Source: Octopus vulgaris | Lineage: Eukaryota | Reading direction: 5' to 3' | DNA: 64,000 bases | NCBI GenBank assembly: GCA_951406725.2 | Contig: OX597827.1 | Location: forward strand, 63,674,001 to 63,738,000 | Part shown: positions 27,150-40,939 of the stretch, one piece after another | How positions within the stretch are numbered: position 1 is the stretch's first letter | How the letters are laid out: each line of letters starts with the position of its first letter | The notes under the pieces: generated by a model | The model's input: only the letters and a program-made list of their open reading frames with translations | What the model was told of the DNA's origin: nothing | Databases searched by the model: none | Made by a program: the position numbers and the translations under genes

Positions 27150-27700
27150 GACCATCATTATCCTCATCCTCTTCAGCATCATCATCATCATCATCACCAT
27201 TGTCGTCGTCGTTGTTGTCGTTTTTGTCATTGTCATTCTCCTCTCGGCATCATTGTCGTTATCATCATTATCATCGTTGGCATCATTATTATCACGATCG
27301 TTTGTCATCACCCAACCGTCAACAACATCATCGTCATCATCATCATCATCATCATCATCATCACCGTTGCCTTCATCTTCATCATCGACACCATCGCTAT
27401 TTTTTACCACCACCGCCACCACCAACACCACATCACCGTGATCTTAAATTGTTCCTTTATTTTTACCAACATCACCAATGTTTATTACCATCATCATCAT
27501 CATCATCAACATTATCATCATCATCATCATCATCATCAGCATTGTCATCACCATCCACACCATCACTATTTTTATCACCCCCACCACCACCACCACTGTT
27601 AACATGAACTTTATTGCCCTCAGCATCAACACCCCCCCCACTGCTGTCTTGCCGTCATCATCATTATCATCATCATTATCATCATCATCGTCATCATTTG
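27150..27700. repeat. (CAT/CAC)n compound tract with an internal duplicated block
   Basis: Seen directly. Confidence 0.85.
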
Positions 27701-28184
27701 ATAGTATCACATCCTTCTCTCCCTTGCTATAGATGTGCCCTTGTTATAGTTTACTGTTGTTTGATATTATGCTGTTTATCTCCCTTGTTGTTGCTCTGAC
27801 GATGATACTAGCGGCGGCGTTGGGGCTGGTGGATGCAGTGGGAGTATTAGCTATTGTCGTAGTTTAGCCGCTGGTCAGCTCTTCGTCTGGTCTTGAACCA
27901 CTAAATTTTTTTTTATTCAGACACAGTGTATCTAGAGCTACAACTATCTAATGTCTGTTTCCTTTCCAAACACTCAATGATGTGAGTTGAAAATAATTTG
28001 GCTGTGAGGTTAAGAGGCTTGCTTTACAACCACATGGTCTTGAGTTCAATCTCTCTGTGTGGCGCCTTGAACAAGTGACTTCTCCTTTGGCCTCTGGATG
28101 ACAAATGTCTTGTGAATGAAACCTGTAGACAGAAAGTGTGTGCAAGCCCCCATAGTATTCTGTTTATCTTTGTTTATCTTTGAA

Positions 28185-29025
28185 ACTCTTTACTCTCTTT
28201 TACTTGTTTCAGTCATTTGACTGTGGCCATACTGGAGTATCGCATTTAGTCGAGGAAACTGACCCCACGACTTATTCTTTGTAAGCCTAGTACTTATTCT
28301 ATCGGTCTCTTTTTGCCGAACCGCTAAGTTACGGGGACGTAAACACACCAGCATCGGTTGTCAAACGATGTTGGTGAGGACAAACACAGACACACAAACA
28401 TATACACATATATATATATATATATACGATGGGCTTCTTTCAGTTTCCGTCTACCAAATCCACTCACAAGGCTTTGGTCGGCCCGAGGCTATAGTAGAAG
28501 ACACTTGTCCAAGGTGCCACGCAGTGGGACTGAACCCAGAACCATGTGGTTGGTAAGCAAGCTACTTACTACACAGCCACTCTTGCGCCTATATCTTTAG
28601 ACTTGTTTCATTCATTAGACTGCGGCCATGCTGGGGCACCACTTTGAAGAATTTTAAATTGAATGAACCAGCCCTAGTACTTTATGTTTTTCCGAAAGCC
28701 TGGTGCTTACTCTATCACTCTCTTTTGCCGAACCACTAAATTATGGGGGACATAAACACACTAAACACCGGTTATCAAGTAGTGCAGTAGAGGACAAACA
28801 CATACACACACTCACTCACACACATACACACACACACACACGCGCACGTACAGATATATGTATACACAATGGGCTTCTTTCAGTTTCCATCTACCAATTC
28901 CACTCACATGGTATTGATCAACACAAGGCTATAGTAGAAGACACTTGCCCAAGGTGCCATGCAGTGAGGCTGAACCCAAAACCATGTGGTTGAGAAGCAA
29001 ACTTCTTACCACATGACCACACCTA
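28185..29025 (-). mobile_element. Two tandem SINE family A copies (28185-28589 young; 28600-29025 older)
   Basis: Both are reverse complements of the A consensus. Confidence 0.85.
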
Positions 29026-29852
29026 TTTACTAATGTTTCCTTCCTTTCCAAGGACATCAAAGCGTGATATGATAATGATTTGGCTGCTATTTCTAGCAAA
29101 TAAAAAGGATACTATAGAGACTTCGTTTTTTGCTGGTTTTCATGATGTTGGTGCTGGTGCTAGTGTTGGTCTTGGTGGTGGTGATGGTGGTTGTGGTGGT
29201 GGTGGTGGTGGTGGTGGTGGTGGTGGTGGTGGTGGTGCTGCTGCTGTTGGCAGTTACGTTTAATGTTTTAGGTACCACTTCTGCTGATTGATATTGTGAT
29301 TACTGATGGTGATAATAATGATGATGGTGATAATGATGACGATGGTGACGATGATGATGATAACGACAATGCTGATGATGATGATAATGGTGATGATGAT
29401 GGTGATGATAACGATAATTATTATTATTATTGACAGGGCTGACGGCAACGTTGGTTATTACAGAGAAAAAAAGAAAACGTGTTATGTAATTCTTACATTC
29501 AAAATTACACTGTGCAATTATATGTGCAGCAGTGTCTGTAGATGCACGTATACACTTAAACGTATGTATGTATGTATGTATGGTTGTATGTGTATGTATG
29601 CATGTTATTTTATTCAAAACTGAGTCTGTGTGAGTCAATAATGGGAATTTCTACTTCCCAGCCTTCAAAGTTAATTGCATTTCGCACCTTTGTGAAACCA
29701 CCATCCATGAGAAACCTCACTCTCTCTCTCTGTATATATGTGTGTGTGTGTATGCGCGTGTTTATACATGTATGTGTGTGTGTGTATGTGCATATATGAA
29801 TATATATGTGCATATATTTACATACACATGTATTTGTGCATGCGTATGTGTT

Positions 29853-29886
<34 letters not shown>

Positions 29887-29930
29887 CCTCCACATGCATA
29901 TATATATGCTATATTATATATGTGTGTATC

Positions 29931-29972
<42 letters not shown>

Positions 29973-30564
29973 GGAGTAAGCACATAAATGCGAAACAAGG
30001 TGGAAAAAAGAGTACTCAAATACCAGAGGTAGAGTAAAATGCTTTATTTAAAAGCTGCAGCAATATCAGAAAAACTGTTACTCAGAGTTTCACGAATGGA
30101 GCAAAAATGACGATATATATACACACTAACACACACACACACACACACCACACATACTCATATATACATACATACCTATGTGTGTGTGTGTGTGCGTGTG
30201 TAATGTAAATCTGTTCACTAAATACACATCTACACTATTCTGTGTTTCATTCTGTCTTTCAACCTAGCTATCACTGAATGACATAATACACATAAAACAA
30301 TTCAATAAATGAGAGAAACGTTCTTCCCAAGCCGTAGGTTCATGAAGTCTCTTTCTTGCATTCTGTGGCATATGTATTCCTTCTTGAATGAGACACCGAT
30401 TTGATGCAGGATTACTCATGTTTGCCGCCTGAGTGGACTGGTGCGACATGAAATGAAGCGTTTTGCTCAAGAACACAAAGCTTAGCCTGGGCCAGAAATC
30501 AAAAAGTACAATTCTATGATTTTAAGCGCAACACCACAACTACTACATCACCCATCTCCACAAT

Positions 30565-30922
30565 ACATTTGACTGTGGCCATGCTGGAGTGCCGCCTTTA
30601 GTCAAACAAATTGACCCCAGGACTTATTCTTTATAAGCCTAGTACTTATTCTATCAGTGTCTTTTGCCGGGGACATAAACCCACCAGCATCAGTTGTCAA
30701 GCGAAAGGTGGGGGACAAACACAGACACACAAACACAAACATATATATATATATATGTATATACGATGGGCTTCTTTCAGTTTCCATCTACCAGATCCAC
30801 TCACAAGGCTTTGATCGGCTCGAGGCTATAGTAGAAGACACTTACTCAAGTTTCCAAGCAGTGGGACTGAACCCAGAACCATGTGGTTGGGAAGCTAGCT
30901 TCTTACCACACAGCCACTCCTG
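30565..30922 (-). mobile_element. SINE family A
   Basis: A consensus motifs. Confidence 0.8.
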
Positions 30923-31801
30923 TTACATGTGTAACTTTAACATAGTTCTCAAGGAGATTCAGCGTGAAACAGGGTGTGACTAGCCTGGCTCTTTGAAACA
31001 CATGTACTGCTCATTATTGCCAGCTGAGTGGACTAAAGCAACGTCAAATAAAGTGTCTTGCTCAAGGAGACACTACATCACCAGGAATCAAACTCTCGAC
31101 CTTACTATCATGAGCTAAATACCTAACCCACTAAGCCATGCACTCTCACTCTGATGTCGGATAAGCCACAGCCAAATCAGAGATGCCGAAATATGTGGCA
31201 CCAAAATGGCTGTACTATGCTTCAATCGAACAAATTGACCCCAGGACTTATTCTTTGTAAGCCTAGTACTTATTCTATCCGTTTCTCTTGCTGAACTGCT
31301 AAGTTACGGGGACATAAGGCCACCAACATCAGTAGTCAAGCGATGGTGGGGACAAACACAAACATATATATATATGCTTCTTCACATCATATAAATATAC
31401 GTAGATTCAGGCAAACACACATGTGTATATATGCATATACACACATGTGCACATTTATGTATGTATATCAAGGGATTTTTTTTTTGAAATGATACATTGT
31501 ATCTCTGCATGTTGTTAAAAGGTTGGCATCAGGAACTGCATCTGACCATAAAAAAAAAACCGTTTCCTATGGAAGCAGAATTCAACTCAGAGCTGCATGA
31601 AATAGTGGACATAAAAAAAACAATAATGATACGTATGTTTGTAGATATGTGTGTATGTGTATGTATGCATGTATCATGTATGTATGTACGTATCTATGTA
31701 TGTGTGTCTGTGTGTATGTATGTATAAATATGTATTATGTATATATGTATTTATGTATGATGCATGTATGTATGTTTAAATGTGTATATATGTTAATATA
31801 T

Positions 31802-31845
<44 letters not shown>

Positions 31846-31879
31846 GTATACATGAATGTATGTATATACATGTGTGTGT

Positions 31880-31928
<49 letters not shown>

Positions 31929-32123
31929 GTATGTATGTATGTGTATATATATATGTATGTATATATATATATGTATATGTATGTATATATATATATATCA
32001 AATATATATTCCCTCCCTATAATATTTTTGTGTATGTATTGATCGACACATTAACATTCTTGCGTAGTTATAGGTGCATACATGCACCAATACATATACA
32101 TATATGTGTGTGTGTGTCTGTGT

Positions 32124-32161
<38 letters not shown>

Positions 32162-32268
32162 TGCTTGAGTGTGTCTGTGTCTGTGTCCATGTATGCTTCA
32201 ATATAGATATCCATGCAATAATACATTCTGGCCAGGAGGTATACCAGCTCCCTCACTCACCTTTCTCT

Positions 32269-32302
<34 letters not shown>

Positions 32303-32784
32303 CACGTACACAGAACTATATATGTATTGATGCTACAATGCATTATTTATACATGACCGATTCCTTCCCACAGTGTGGCCAGTGACCGACTTTTTTAAGT
32401 GATGATGGTATGGACAGTTTGGAGATCTTTGAAATACCACTGAATAGAGTTGTGGAGGAGACGGAAGAGAAGGAGGAGGCAGCAGGGAGGTGGGGGAGAG
32501 AAAAGAAAAAGAGGTGGAGGGAGAAATATTTGTGTAGATCTATGTAAACATAATCTATATATAATATTATAAAAACATTATAGTTGTAGGCCTGCCTGTA
32601 TCTGTATGTATGTATGTGTGTGTATACACATATATACACACATGTGCACACATATATATATAATATACACATATATATGTGTGTGTATATATGTATGTAT
32701 ATATATATATATGCAACTATCCCTGTATGTGTGTATGTGTATAAATATATATGTATCTATATCTATATTATATATATGTATATA

Positions 32785-32975
32785 TAGTGAGAATTTACAA
32801 AAAAAAACAAAAAGACGAAGATGGGTGTGTAAACAACAAACAGATGCATTAGTTAGTTTAACACTCAGGAAGTGAGAAAGTCTTTTACGTTTCGAGCCTA
32901 TGCTCTTCGACAGAAAGGAATGCAGAAAAAGAGAGGGAGAGAAAATAGAAAAAGGTTTAGTGGCTAACGATCTAC
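32785..32975 (-). mobile_element. Hammerhead-bearing repeat, H1-related subfamily
   Basis: Minus 32917-32882: CTTT CTGTCGA A GAGC atag GCTC GAAA CGT A AAAG. Confidence 0.65.
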
Positions 32976-33043
32976 ATACACACACACAAAGATAGTTGCC
33001 TATATATATATATACACAGACATACATATATATACACACACAT

Positions 33044-33076
<33 letters not shown>

Positions 33077-33177
33077 CACACGCATACACAAATAATTTAC
33101 AATTACAGTGCTACTCCAGCATGGCCGCATTTAAATGACTGAAACAAGTAAAAGAATGGAAGAATACAGGAATAGTT

Positions 33178-33210
<33 letters not shown>

Positions 33211-33497
33211 AATATATATATATAAAAATATGTATCTATATATACATACTCACACTATGTAAGACAAATGTACTCACAGCACATCGGTAAAATGTGTATC
33301 TTTATGTGTGTGACCATGCATGTGTGTGTGTGTGTGCATGTATGTTCCAATGTATGTCTGCACACTATTTTACAAATTTGACTATTCTATCTTCTTGGCT
33401 TTATTGGTTGCTTATTTGAAACAGTAGCTTCAAATATGTGTGTGTGCGTGTGAAAAGTAAGTATAAACACAAGCTTTCTATAGACAGACACACAGAC

Positions 33498-33775
33498 ATA
33501 TTCATACCAATAATTGTTGCACTAGGGTTTGTTAGTAAATGCTTGAAGGAGAATCAGGATAAACTGGAACTTTCAGAAAGAGAAGTTGACCGACTGATTT
33601 GTACATTGTAAGTGCAATCTGTGAGTAGAGCTGTAAAAATATGGAAGACTTTTCTCAAGTTCCAAATGTGAATTTGTCTGTGTTGACTACATTCCAAAGA
33701 TGGAGCCTTGTATCTTTGTTGGAAACTGGCTCCCTCCTCATTGGAAGATTTATAATAATTATAAAATAGAAGAGA
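33498..33775 (+). pseudogene. R4/Dong-like (restriction-like endonuclease LINE) C-terminal fragment and 3' UTR, copy 1
   Basis: IFIPIIVALGFVSKCLKENQDKLELSEREVDRLICTL*VQSVSRAVKIWKTFLKFQM*. Confidence 0.6.
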
Positions 33776-33796
33776 TACACACACACACACACATAG

Positions 33797-34040
33797 CTAC
33801 TCTATCCAGATTACAAGTTCAGGTTTATACTGCTTAAATAGCAATCTTGAGAAACGGCTTCTCAAAACCAGAAAGAAGGAAGCTGATTCAAAGACTATAG
33901 ATCCAAGCTATCACTGGAACTGTAAAAATCTGTAGAACTCTCCAGAAGTTTATCATTTAAGTATATAATGAGCATGTCTAGATATGCAACTATATGCATG
34001 AGAAGACATTCATAAAACAAAGCATACAAATCTGCATGTA
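33797..34040 (+). pseudogene. R4/Dong-like LINE C-terminal fragment and 3' UTR, copy 2
   Basis: LLYPDYKFRFI../CLNSNLEK/GFSKPERRKLIQRL*IQAITGTVKICRTLQKFII*; aligns by eye with copy 1. Confidence 0.6.
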
Positions 34041-34351
34041 TACATACATACATATAGGCATAGATTCATGCATGGCAATACCTTAGCATTGCCACAGCCC
34101 TCAGGCTCAAATAAGTAAAAGTGTATGTATACATACATTCATACATACATATATATATATATATATGTATATATGTGTGTGTGTGTGTATTTTTTTTTGT
34201 TTTGTTGTTGTTTTTTGTATCATCTATCTGGATATTTTGTTGTCCCTTTTTGTATCACCTAGTTGTCCAGATATTTTGCATTCTTGTCCCATTTTGTATT
34301 TTATTTTATATATGTATATATATATATGTGTGTTTGTGTGTATATATATAT

Positions 34352-34477
34352 ATCACCATGATCACCGTGACCGACCAGGCTATCAGATGTTGCTACACAT
34401 CGCTGGTCACAATGCGCTTCACATTGTTTTTTAGCCTTCAAATGACGCCACCCCGCTGGCTAAGCGAGCAGGCCAAT
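34352..34477 (-). mobile_element. ~125-bp retroelement 3' tail fragment (other copy 52268-52389; diverged copy about 39106-39187)
   Basis: Near-identical sequence at both loci, each inside TA-rich DNA. Confidence 0.7.
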
Positions 34478-35799
34478 ATATATATATGTGTGTGTGTTTG
34501 TTTGTGTATATATATATATGTGTACATTCTATACACACAAAACACACCTCCGCGCAGTTTCCATCTACAAAATTCACTCACAAGGCATTGGTTGACCTAA
34601 GGCTACATTAGAAAACACTTGCTGAAGGTACCATTCAGTGGAACTGAACCTGTGTCCACATGCTTGCAAATCAAGCTTTGCTTTTTAACCTCACAGCCAC
34701 ATCTGCACTCACACAGGAAAATAAATAAAAAAAACGGTTAACGAACGCAGATCTTTACCACCCTAGATTCAGATTCTGCAGGGATAGACATTGCTTCTTT
34801 CAAAAACACACAGTGATCAATAACGCAAACACCGTTCATGCAGCGAGATTGATTTAATCGAGTATGGCCCTCCCCATTCATGTACAGAAGTGGTCGGTTC
34901 ATACGTTGGCCTCATGTCAAAATCTGAAATCAATATGGGATTATTGGAATATGTTGCAACCTTAATATAAGAACTAGCATGTACTTGGTACACGAACAAA
35001 ATATAACAACTAGAAACGCAGATCATTCTAGTACTGTTCTATACGTCATAAGATAACACTAGGAGCAATTGCATTATAGCTTTGCCTGAAATAGCAGCCA
35101 AATCTCCATCAAATCACCCACTTGTTTCTCCTCTTTTCCATGCTTGCATGGATTGGACTGTGTTTTAATCTTTACTCTTTACTCTTTTACTTGTTTCAGT
35201 CATTTGACTGTGGCCATGCTGGAGCACCACCTTTAACCGAGCAAATGTATGTGTGTTTGTATATGTTTGTGTGTCTGTGTTTGTCCCCGACCCCCTAACA
35301 TCGCTTGACAACCGATGCTGATGTGTTTACGTCCCCGTAACTTAGTGGTTTGGCAAAAAAGAATGATAGAATAAGTACTAGGCTTCCAAAGAATAAGTCC
35401 TGGGTTCGATTTGCTCGACTAAAGGTGGTGCTCCATCATGGCCACAGTCAAATGACTGAAACAAGTAAAAGAGTATGCCAGGAAAAATACATAGCAGCAT
35501 TTCTTTTGTCTTTAGTTTCTGAGTCTAGACACTGCCAAGATCAACCTTGCCATTCATCCTTTCACACTCAATGAAATAAGTACCAGTCAAACACTGGGGC
35601 CAGTGTAATCGGTTTACCCGCTTCCTTGAAATTGCTGGCCTTGTGCCAGAATTTGAAACCAATATAAGTTCTAAATATTTACTTTTTAATGACAGGTATT
35701 TTACTCTAAATTCTTCGATATTTCCAAAATTAACTGAAATAAAATTTAGTTTATTTCCAACAGAAATATGGTAACAAAAGGGTCACAGCTGCATCATCC

Positions 35800-35851
<52 letters not shown>

Positions 35852-36650
35852 CCTCATCATCATCATCATCATCCTCATCATCATCATCATCATCGTCGTC
35901 GTTATCATCCTCATCATCATCATCATCACCATCATTATCATCGTTTAACGCTGGTCTTCCATGCTGGCATGGGTTGGTTTACCTTTGTTCCTTCTAATAA
36001 ATAACTTAATTCTAGGTACAATTTCAGAGGGGCATCATCATCATCATCATCATTTAACGTCCATCTTCCATGCTGGTATGGGTTAGATGGTTTTAACCGG
36101 AGCTGGCAAGCCAGAGGGCTGCACCAGATGCAAGTAATCTGTTTTGACAAGATTTCTATAGCTGAATGCCCTTCCTAATGTCAACCACTCTACAGAGCAT
36201 ACTGGGTTCTTATTACATAATGCCAGCACAGGTAATATTTTCTACACAGCACCAGCACAAGTGCTTCTTTACATGGCACACTGGCACAGGTGCATTCTTA
36301 TATGGCACCAGCACAGGTGCTTTATTATGTGACGCCAGCATAGGTGCTTTTAGACGTGGCACTGGCACAGGTGCAGTTTGTATGGCACCTGCATGGCATA
36401 TTTATTTCTTTATTACCCAAAAGGGGCTAAACATAGAGGGGACAAAGACAGACAAAGAGGTTAAGTTGATTACATTGACCCCAGTGCATAACTGGTACTT
36501 ATTTAATCAACCTCGAAAGGATGAAAGGCAAACTTGACCTCGGCGGAATTTGAACTCAGAACGTAACAGTGAGCTGGCAGAAATGTGGTAATGTTAGGCA
36601 ATGTGTGTGTGTGTAGTTTAGATTTTATTATCATGTATGTATGTATATAA

Positions 36651-37153
36651 GCATGGTCGGGTCGTCGGCGACTAAACCAGCAACTCCACCAAGCTTGCTT
36701 GGTGAGGAGGGTGTTTATTGGACACCCTGCGGGAGGAAAAACAAAACCCGTCAAAGGGCGGAGGAACTCTTGAGAGTCAACGACCATCCAATAAATGTCT
36801 TAAGGGTGTATCATGCTCGGGAACATAGAAATAATTGGACTGAATACCCAATCGCGTGGTTAAACCATTGGGAGTGAAGGACTCCTAGCCTTTGTTAGGG
36901 CATCCTTCTAGGAGAAGGTAACTCAAGTAACTGGGATAACTCCGACACAAAACCTGCGGCACAGTGGTTACCGATGATGTTGACTTGTTCTTCTTTTCGG
37001 ATTATCGCTGCTGTTGCTTAGTGAGTGGGATTGACTTAGTGCACAGCCTTTCCTCACTTTAAAAAAAATCTTCTTGCACAGGCATTGCACGATAACAACA
37101 TTGATTAAGCCTCGTGCAATGGCCATACTCGATAATGAGGGGGTAGCCACCAT
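36651..37153 (+). mobile_element. ~500-bp GC-richer non-coding element, probably an RTE-derived non-autonomous retroelement
   Basis: Sharp boundaries within (TATG)n; gggcatccttctaggagaaggtaactc resembles RTE 5' UTR motifs (from memory). Confidence 0.5.
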
Positions 37154-37557
37154 ATAAATATGTATGTATGTATATAAGTATATATGTATGTATGTATGTG
37201 TTTATGTATGTATGTATGTATTTATATATGTATGAATGTATGTATGTATATAAGTATGTATGTATGTATATAAGTATATGTGTATGTATGTATATAAGTA
37301 TGTATGTATGAATGTATGTATATGAAGATATGTACAGTTGAAGTGTATAAATGTACTTTGTTAGCATATGTAATTATATTTTCATCCAAAATATATTGCA
37401 ACAATAGCATTGTGAAACGACCTAGTTCTTTAAAATGTAAACAAAATATATTTTTATGTCTTAAATACAAACAATATATGTATGTGAATTTATATGTATA
37501 TGTGTGTGTGTGTGTGTATATGTGTATACACACATATATATGTATGTGTATGTGTGA

Positions 37558-37599
<42 letters not shown>

Positions 37600-37677
37600 G
37601 TATGTATGTATATATATATAGGTATATATATGTGAGGAGACATACATATGTACGCATGCGCACACACACAGAAACAA

Positions 37678-37718
<41 letters not shown>

Positions 37719-38157
37719 GCTGTTACAGTTTTAAATTACCTAACTGAAATCAGTTTCTGATTAACATACTTTTTTTTTTTTTAATTTCAAAATTCAAAAG
37801 GAATTACGATTTTCATTTCTTTCCATTTTTTTTAAAAATTTTCTTTTTACTTATTCTTTGATGTTTAAAACATGAAAATCCATACCAACCTGAGAGTCAA
37901 CACCCCACCCCACCCCACCTCTCACCCGCCACTGATTCTTTAAGATACAAAACTTCATGTTTTAATAATGATCTAAATTACAACCTTTCATCAAAATTTC
38001 ATCTTGAGTTTATGCTCTGAACACCCACCATATTCATAATGATAAAATTATTTTGCAAAATTCTTAATTTAAAAAAAGAAAAATTCATTGAAACAAGGCT
38101 GAATATTTTAACATAAATATACCAACAAACATGGCTGTTCCTTCTTTTAATATTATG

Positions 38158-38192
<35 letters not shown>

Positions 38193-38406
38193 TGTGTACA
38201 GTGCTCAGGTGCACTACAACTCATCTAAAGTGTATATATAATCAGGTGTAGTTTCGGCGGATTTCGGAAAGCATGAGGGCCTTAAAGGATGCAGTGTCAT
38301 GGCAGTCAACAACTGACGCAGGCAGTTTATTCCATGCTTCAGCAACTCTGAGCATGAAAAAATGTTTCCGAAAGTCATGGGAGCTGTGTTGTTTTCTGAC
38401 TTTGTA
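38158..38406 (-). pseudogene. CR1-clade LINE 3' end with (ATT)n tail
   Basis: YKVRKQHSSHDFRKHFFMLRVAEAWNKLPASVVDCHDTASFK (CR1/L2-type FF..RV...WN.LP..VV motif), short 3' UTR, microsatellite tail. Confidence 0.8.
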
Positions 38407-38800
38407 GCAAGAATCGCCCGGCATTGCTCGGGTTTGTTTTGACCCTTTAGAATTGGAATTTCTGAAAAGTAAAAATTTTGCATTATGTAGCTTGTTATTC
38501 TCTTTAACTGAACATTGTTTTGGTTGAAATACGCCGAAAAATGGTGACACAGTAGTAAAATAATCATAAAATATAGGGATTTTCATAGAAAAAAAGCACC
38601 TTTTTGATGTAAATAATTTTTGGTGTTAACATGGTCTGATTTTAATTCTTTCTTCTACAGAAGGAAGAATAAGCCTTCTTCTATCATACTCTCAACTTTG
38701 GTCAACTTGCACCTCTGGGACTCGGAGGAGATAGTTTTAGTTGAAGGCTACCAAACCTGCCATACACAGACAACTTCAGCTTTATATATATATATATAGA
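38405..38800 (-). mobile_element. Non-autonomous Helitron-like element (~395 bp)
   Basis: Minus strand starts A|TCTATATATA...; subterminal hairpin CCCGAGCAATGCCGGG followed 8 nt later by GCTA. Confidence 0.65.
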
Positions 38801-39244
38801 TTATTACAAAGATGGCAGGCTGGCAGAGGAAGTAGCACAATGGACAAAATGCTTAGCAGCATTTCATCCGTCTTTACATTCTGAGTTCAAATTCTGTCGA
38901 GGTCGACTTTACTTTTCATCCTCTCAGGGCCAATAAAGTACCAGTTGAACACTGGGGTTGTTGTAATAAACTTACCCCATCCCTTGAAAATTGCTGATTT
39001 TCAGCTGAAATTTGAAACCAATATTAAGTACAGTTCTTTATTTAAGAGATGAGGAATTATGTACATTATTTACCTTATTTACATTTGACGGATATTTGTC
39101 CTCATCTAAAACAATACAAGGAAGTGCATTGTGACCAGTGGTGTGTAACAACGTTCTGTGCCTGGTCTGTACAGTGATACAGTGATATTCCTGGTACACT
39201 TACATTTTAATTCAAAACTCTGCACAACTCTCATTATTTTTTAT

Positions 39245-39652
39245 CTTTTACTTGTTTCAGTCACTTGATTGTGGCCATGCTGGAGCACCACCTTGAAGGG
39301 CTTTTAGTCGAATGAATTGATGCCAGTACTCTTTTCCTTCTTTGTTTTTAAGCCTGGTACTTATCCTGTCAGTCTCTTTTGCCAAACTGCTAAGTTACAG
39401 GGATGCAAACACACCAACACCAGTTGCCAATTAGTGGTAGTGGTGGTGGTAGGGGGCATATACAGACACAAAGACACACACACACATAGATACAGGCTTC
39501 TTTCAGTTTCCGTCTACCAAATCTATTCACAAGGTTATGGTCAGCCTGAGGCTATAGTGGAAGACACTTGCCCAATGTGCCAAGCAGTGGGACTGAACCT
39601 GGAACCATGTGGTTGGGAAGCAAGCATCTTACCACATGGCCATACCTATGCC
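39245..39652 (-). mobile_element. SINE family A, older copy
   Basis: A consensus motifs. Confidence 0.8.
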
Positions 39653-40482
39653 TATATTTTGTAAAATATTAATAGCCTTTCCATAGTTTTCCGGTTCAAA
39701 GAAATATACCACATAACTTTCAACAAGGCAATAATTCTTCACAGAATATTTTCCCCTTTCGTTTTTGTTATGATTTCCAAAATTAATTAAATCTGACTTT
39801 ATTTCCACACAAAATGGATATAAAATTCTTGTTCGTTTACAAAGATTTTTGGTCAGGTGAAACATTCCAAACAGCTTTCCACTTAGGTACAGTTTTTCTT
39901 TTTTTTTTTATTATTTTGTTACTACAGGGATGGATGTGGGGGTTAAGAAGCTTGTTTCCTAACCATGTGTCCTTGGGTTCGATCTCACTGAAAGGCACCT
40001 TCAACAAGAATTTTTTACTGTAGCCCTGAGCTGACCAAAGCCTAGTCAGTAGATTTGGTAGACAGAAGCTATAAAAAAACCCCATTGTGTGTGTGTATAT
40101 ATCTTGTTGTGAATTGCTTGAAATATGGATTAGAAAAACAGCCGACAACTGATGAAGGGTTGTTCCTTGTGTTTCTTGTCTTGTTTTCCATTTATTTCTT
40201 TCATCGCTTGCAAAGAAAAGCCCTTATTCCATGTCCTCGTACTTCGTATTATTTGTTGTTTATATTTTGTGATGTCCTGTGCCCACATACATATGTATAT
40301 ATGTATACATGTGTATATTTAAAGGGTTAAAAAACCACTATGTGGTCAGCCATATGCTAGAAGTAGATCACCTACGATCAAACCATAAAGAAAAGAATGT
40401 TCTCTAGAGAAATAATTCAGCGGTAACCAGAACAATATGCGGGCAAGACAGATGAAAATTATATAAAAAACCAAGAATTAAA

Positions 40483-40556
40483 CGCAGACTGGCGGTTTCG
40501 CCTATTAACGAATGAATCATTTACGCAATCCCTCGTCCGTAGGGCTTGTCAGTGCG
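40483..40556 (-). ncRNA. Type-I hammerhead motif with a single core mutation (G8A)
   Basis: CGCA CTGACAA GCC..(loop)..GGC GAAA C cgcca GT C TGCG. Confidence 0.6.
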
Positions 40557-40812
40557 ATCGTTCCACAAGTAATATAATTTGTAAAACTAACCACCAGTTT
40601 TCCGTATAAAAACAGACATGTGCTTAGTTTCACCGATTACATTGGGGTTCATTTCAAATGTCTGAGTTCTGGCGTGCTAAAATTCCGGAGACAAAATCTG
40701 CAGTAAATAATTTACTGCAGTTAATGCTGCCTATTAGAGAACATATTTTTTTTTTTTTTTAAATATATATATGTATACATGTAAGTACGTGTACATGTAT
40801 GTACATATATGC

Positions 40813-40870
<58 letters not shown>

Positions 40871-40939
40871 TATTCATATTATTATATGACTGAATGCCAT
40901 GCATCCTTTTCCAAGTATATATATATGTATATATAGACA

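Noticed and set aside
27797-27830. CTGACGA as a hammerhead core (also 43501, 47597 and 48734 on the minus strand)
   Set aside because: No stem II-GAAA-UH or stem I partner.
28368-28556. Recurring peptide [42 protein letters not shown] as a gene family
   Set aside because: Antisense translation of SINE A; copies have random stops and frameshifts.
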